Both the position numbers and the translations under genes were made by a program. Positions 7,166 through 7,486 of a stretch of DNA of 7,486 bases are shown in pieces; the stretch's first letter is position 1; every line of letters begins with the position of its first letter. Origin of the DNA: Promethearchaeota archaeon (GTDB taxonomy: Archaea; Asgardarchaeota; Hermodarchaeia; Hermodarchaeales; Hermodarchaeaceae); NCBI GenBank assembly GCA_048938295.1, contig JBHLMI010000051.1:1-7486 (forward strand). The letters are read 5' to 3'. The notes beneath the pieces are model-generated. The model saw only the letters and a list, made by a program, of their open reading frames with translations. It had not been told where the DNA came from and searched no databases.

Positions 7166-7181
7166 TATTTAAATCGTTCTT
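7166..7181 (-). promoter_or_regulatory. Archaeal-type promoter (BRE plus TATA box) for the dpp operon
   Basis: Minus strand reads AAGAACGA-TTTAAATA: a purine-rich BRE-like segment followed by a consensus archaeal TATA box, about 85 nt upstream of dppA. Standard spacing puts the TSS near 7140-7146. Confidence 0.6.
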
Positions 7182-7393
7182 AACCAGCAACGCAGGATTT
7201 AGATGTTAATTGGATGCGGCTACACCGCGGTTAGTTTTGAATGAATGGCATTTCTCGAAATTGTCAAAAATCCCACTGATATGGGGTTAATTGCGATTAA
7301 TCCGTCTATGTCCAGTTCGGACCATTAAGCTAGGAGACCCTCCGCCGGGGGGGCAGGCAAGTCGGATTCACTTCTCCGCGGGGGTGAGCCACG

Positions 7394-7401
7394 TATAAAA
7401 G
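7394..7401. promoter_or_regulatory. TATA-like element (TATAAAAG on +, TTTTATAC on -)
   Basis: The only AT-rich patch inside the GC-rich stretch. It could be a promoter in either direction or simply an RNA loop. Confidence 0.25.
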
Positions 7402-7472
7402 CCGTCAGTGCGCTAGGTGTGGCTGGTCGCCGCGAGTTGCGTGGAGACCCTAAACGCCTGGTCCGCGAGGCG

Positions 7473-7480
7473 GGAGGTGA
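7473..7480 (+). promoter_or_regulatory. Possible Shine-Dalgarno (GGAGGTGA) for a divergent gene starting just beyond the window
   Basis: Perfect complement of the 16S tail UCACCUCC, 6 nt from the window end. The genome uses SD motifs (dppA). The start codon itself is not visible. Confidence 0.4.
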
Positions 7481-7486
7481 CAGCCC

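Larger units (their letters stand above)
7330..7486 (+). ncRNA. Putative structured RNA or cis-regulatory leader of unknown family, truncated at the window end
   Basis: 104 of 156 nt (7331-7486) are G/C, against an AT-rich spacer upstream. Five consecutive predicted stems with G-U pairs favour the + strand. No credible ORF. Confidence 0.45.

Noticed and set aside
7104-7172. 22-codon + strand ORF MVCSRQKMLNHVQELPMAAVDI
   Set aside because: Too short, no SD, and antisense to the dppA leader.
7338-7372. RNase P RNA resemblance (hairpin followed by CAGGCAAGTCGG, compare GAGGAAAGTCC)
   Set aside because: The universally conserved GGAA of CR-I is broken (GGCA) and no CR-II ACAGAAA-type segment follows.
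7340-7375. Cobalamin riboswitch resemblance on the minus strand (GTGAATCCG...CTGCCCCC)
   Set aside because: Lacks the AGGGAA and GCAACTGT/B12-box elements, and the G-U pattern favours the other strand.
7400-7470. 16S rRNA-like words (AGCCGT...TGCGCTAGGTGTGGC; CGCCTGG) and a group II intron-like GTGCG at 7408
   Set aside because: The invariant 16S neighbours (ATTAGATACCC, GTAGTCC, TAAACGATG, GGGGAGTAC) are missing. GTGCG alone is uninformative, and the structured sequence begins 80 nt earlier.
7325-7486. 53-codon open frame on the minus strand running in from the window edge
   Set aside because: The Pro/Arg/Ser/Ala-rich translation and lack of stops are explained by the high GC. The stem pattern favours an RNA. 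It cannot be fully excluded without the upstream sequence.
7425-7486. Fluoride, guanidine-I (ykkC) or c-di-GMP-I riboswitch resemblance (hairpin-TAAACGCC-hairpin; CTGGTCCG; ATAAAAGCC)
   Set aside because: Only isolated words match. The fluoride GAUG and UGAUG/UAAUG cores, the ykkC element order and the GEMM GGCAAAC/GCAAAG motifs are absent.

Overview
The window holds a complete five-gene family-5 (Dpp/Opp/Nik-type) ABC importer operon on the minus strand: solute-binding protein, two permeases and two ATPases (dppA-B-C-D-F order, 7080 to 990). It converges on a small-conductance mechanosensitive channel (MscS-family) gene whose 5' end probably lies just outside the window. An archaeal origin is inferred from a TATA/BRE-like promoter, a binding protein with an N-terminal membrane anchor and no lipobox, and many N-glycosylation sequons; the lineage cannot be fixed from sequence alone. 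The genes are mostly ordinary. The unusual parts are: (1) a DppC permease with about 145 extra N-terminal residues forming about four additional transmembrane helices; (2) a dppA leader packed with competing complementary segments around the Shine-Dalgarno; (3) a GC-rich (about 67%), hairpin-dense, internally repetitive non-coding stretch at 7330-7486 that I cannot assign to a known RNA family and that runs off the window edge; (4) MscS pore-helix substitutions and a charged insert. No mobile element, CRISPR array, tRNA or rRNA is supported.
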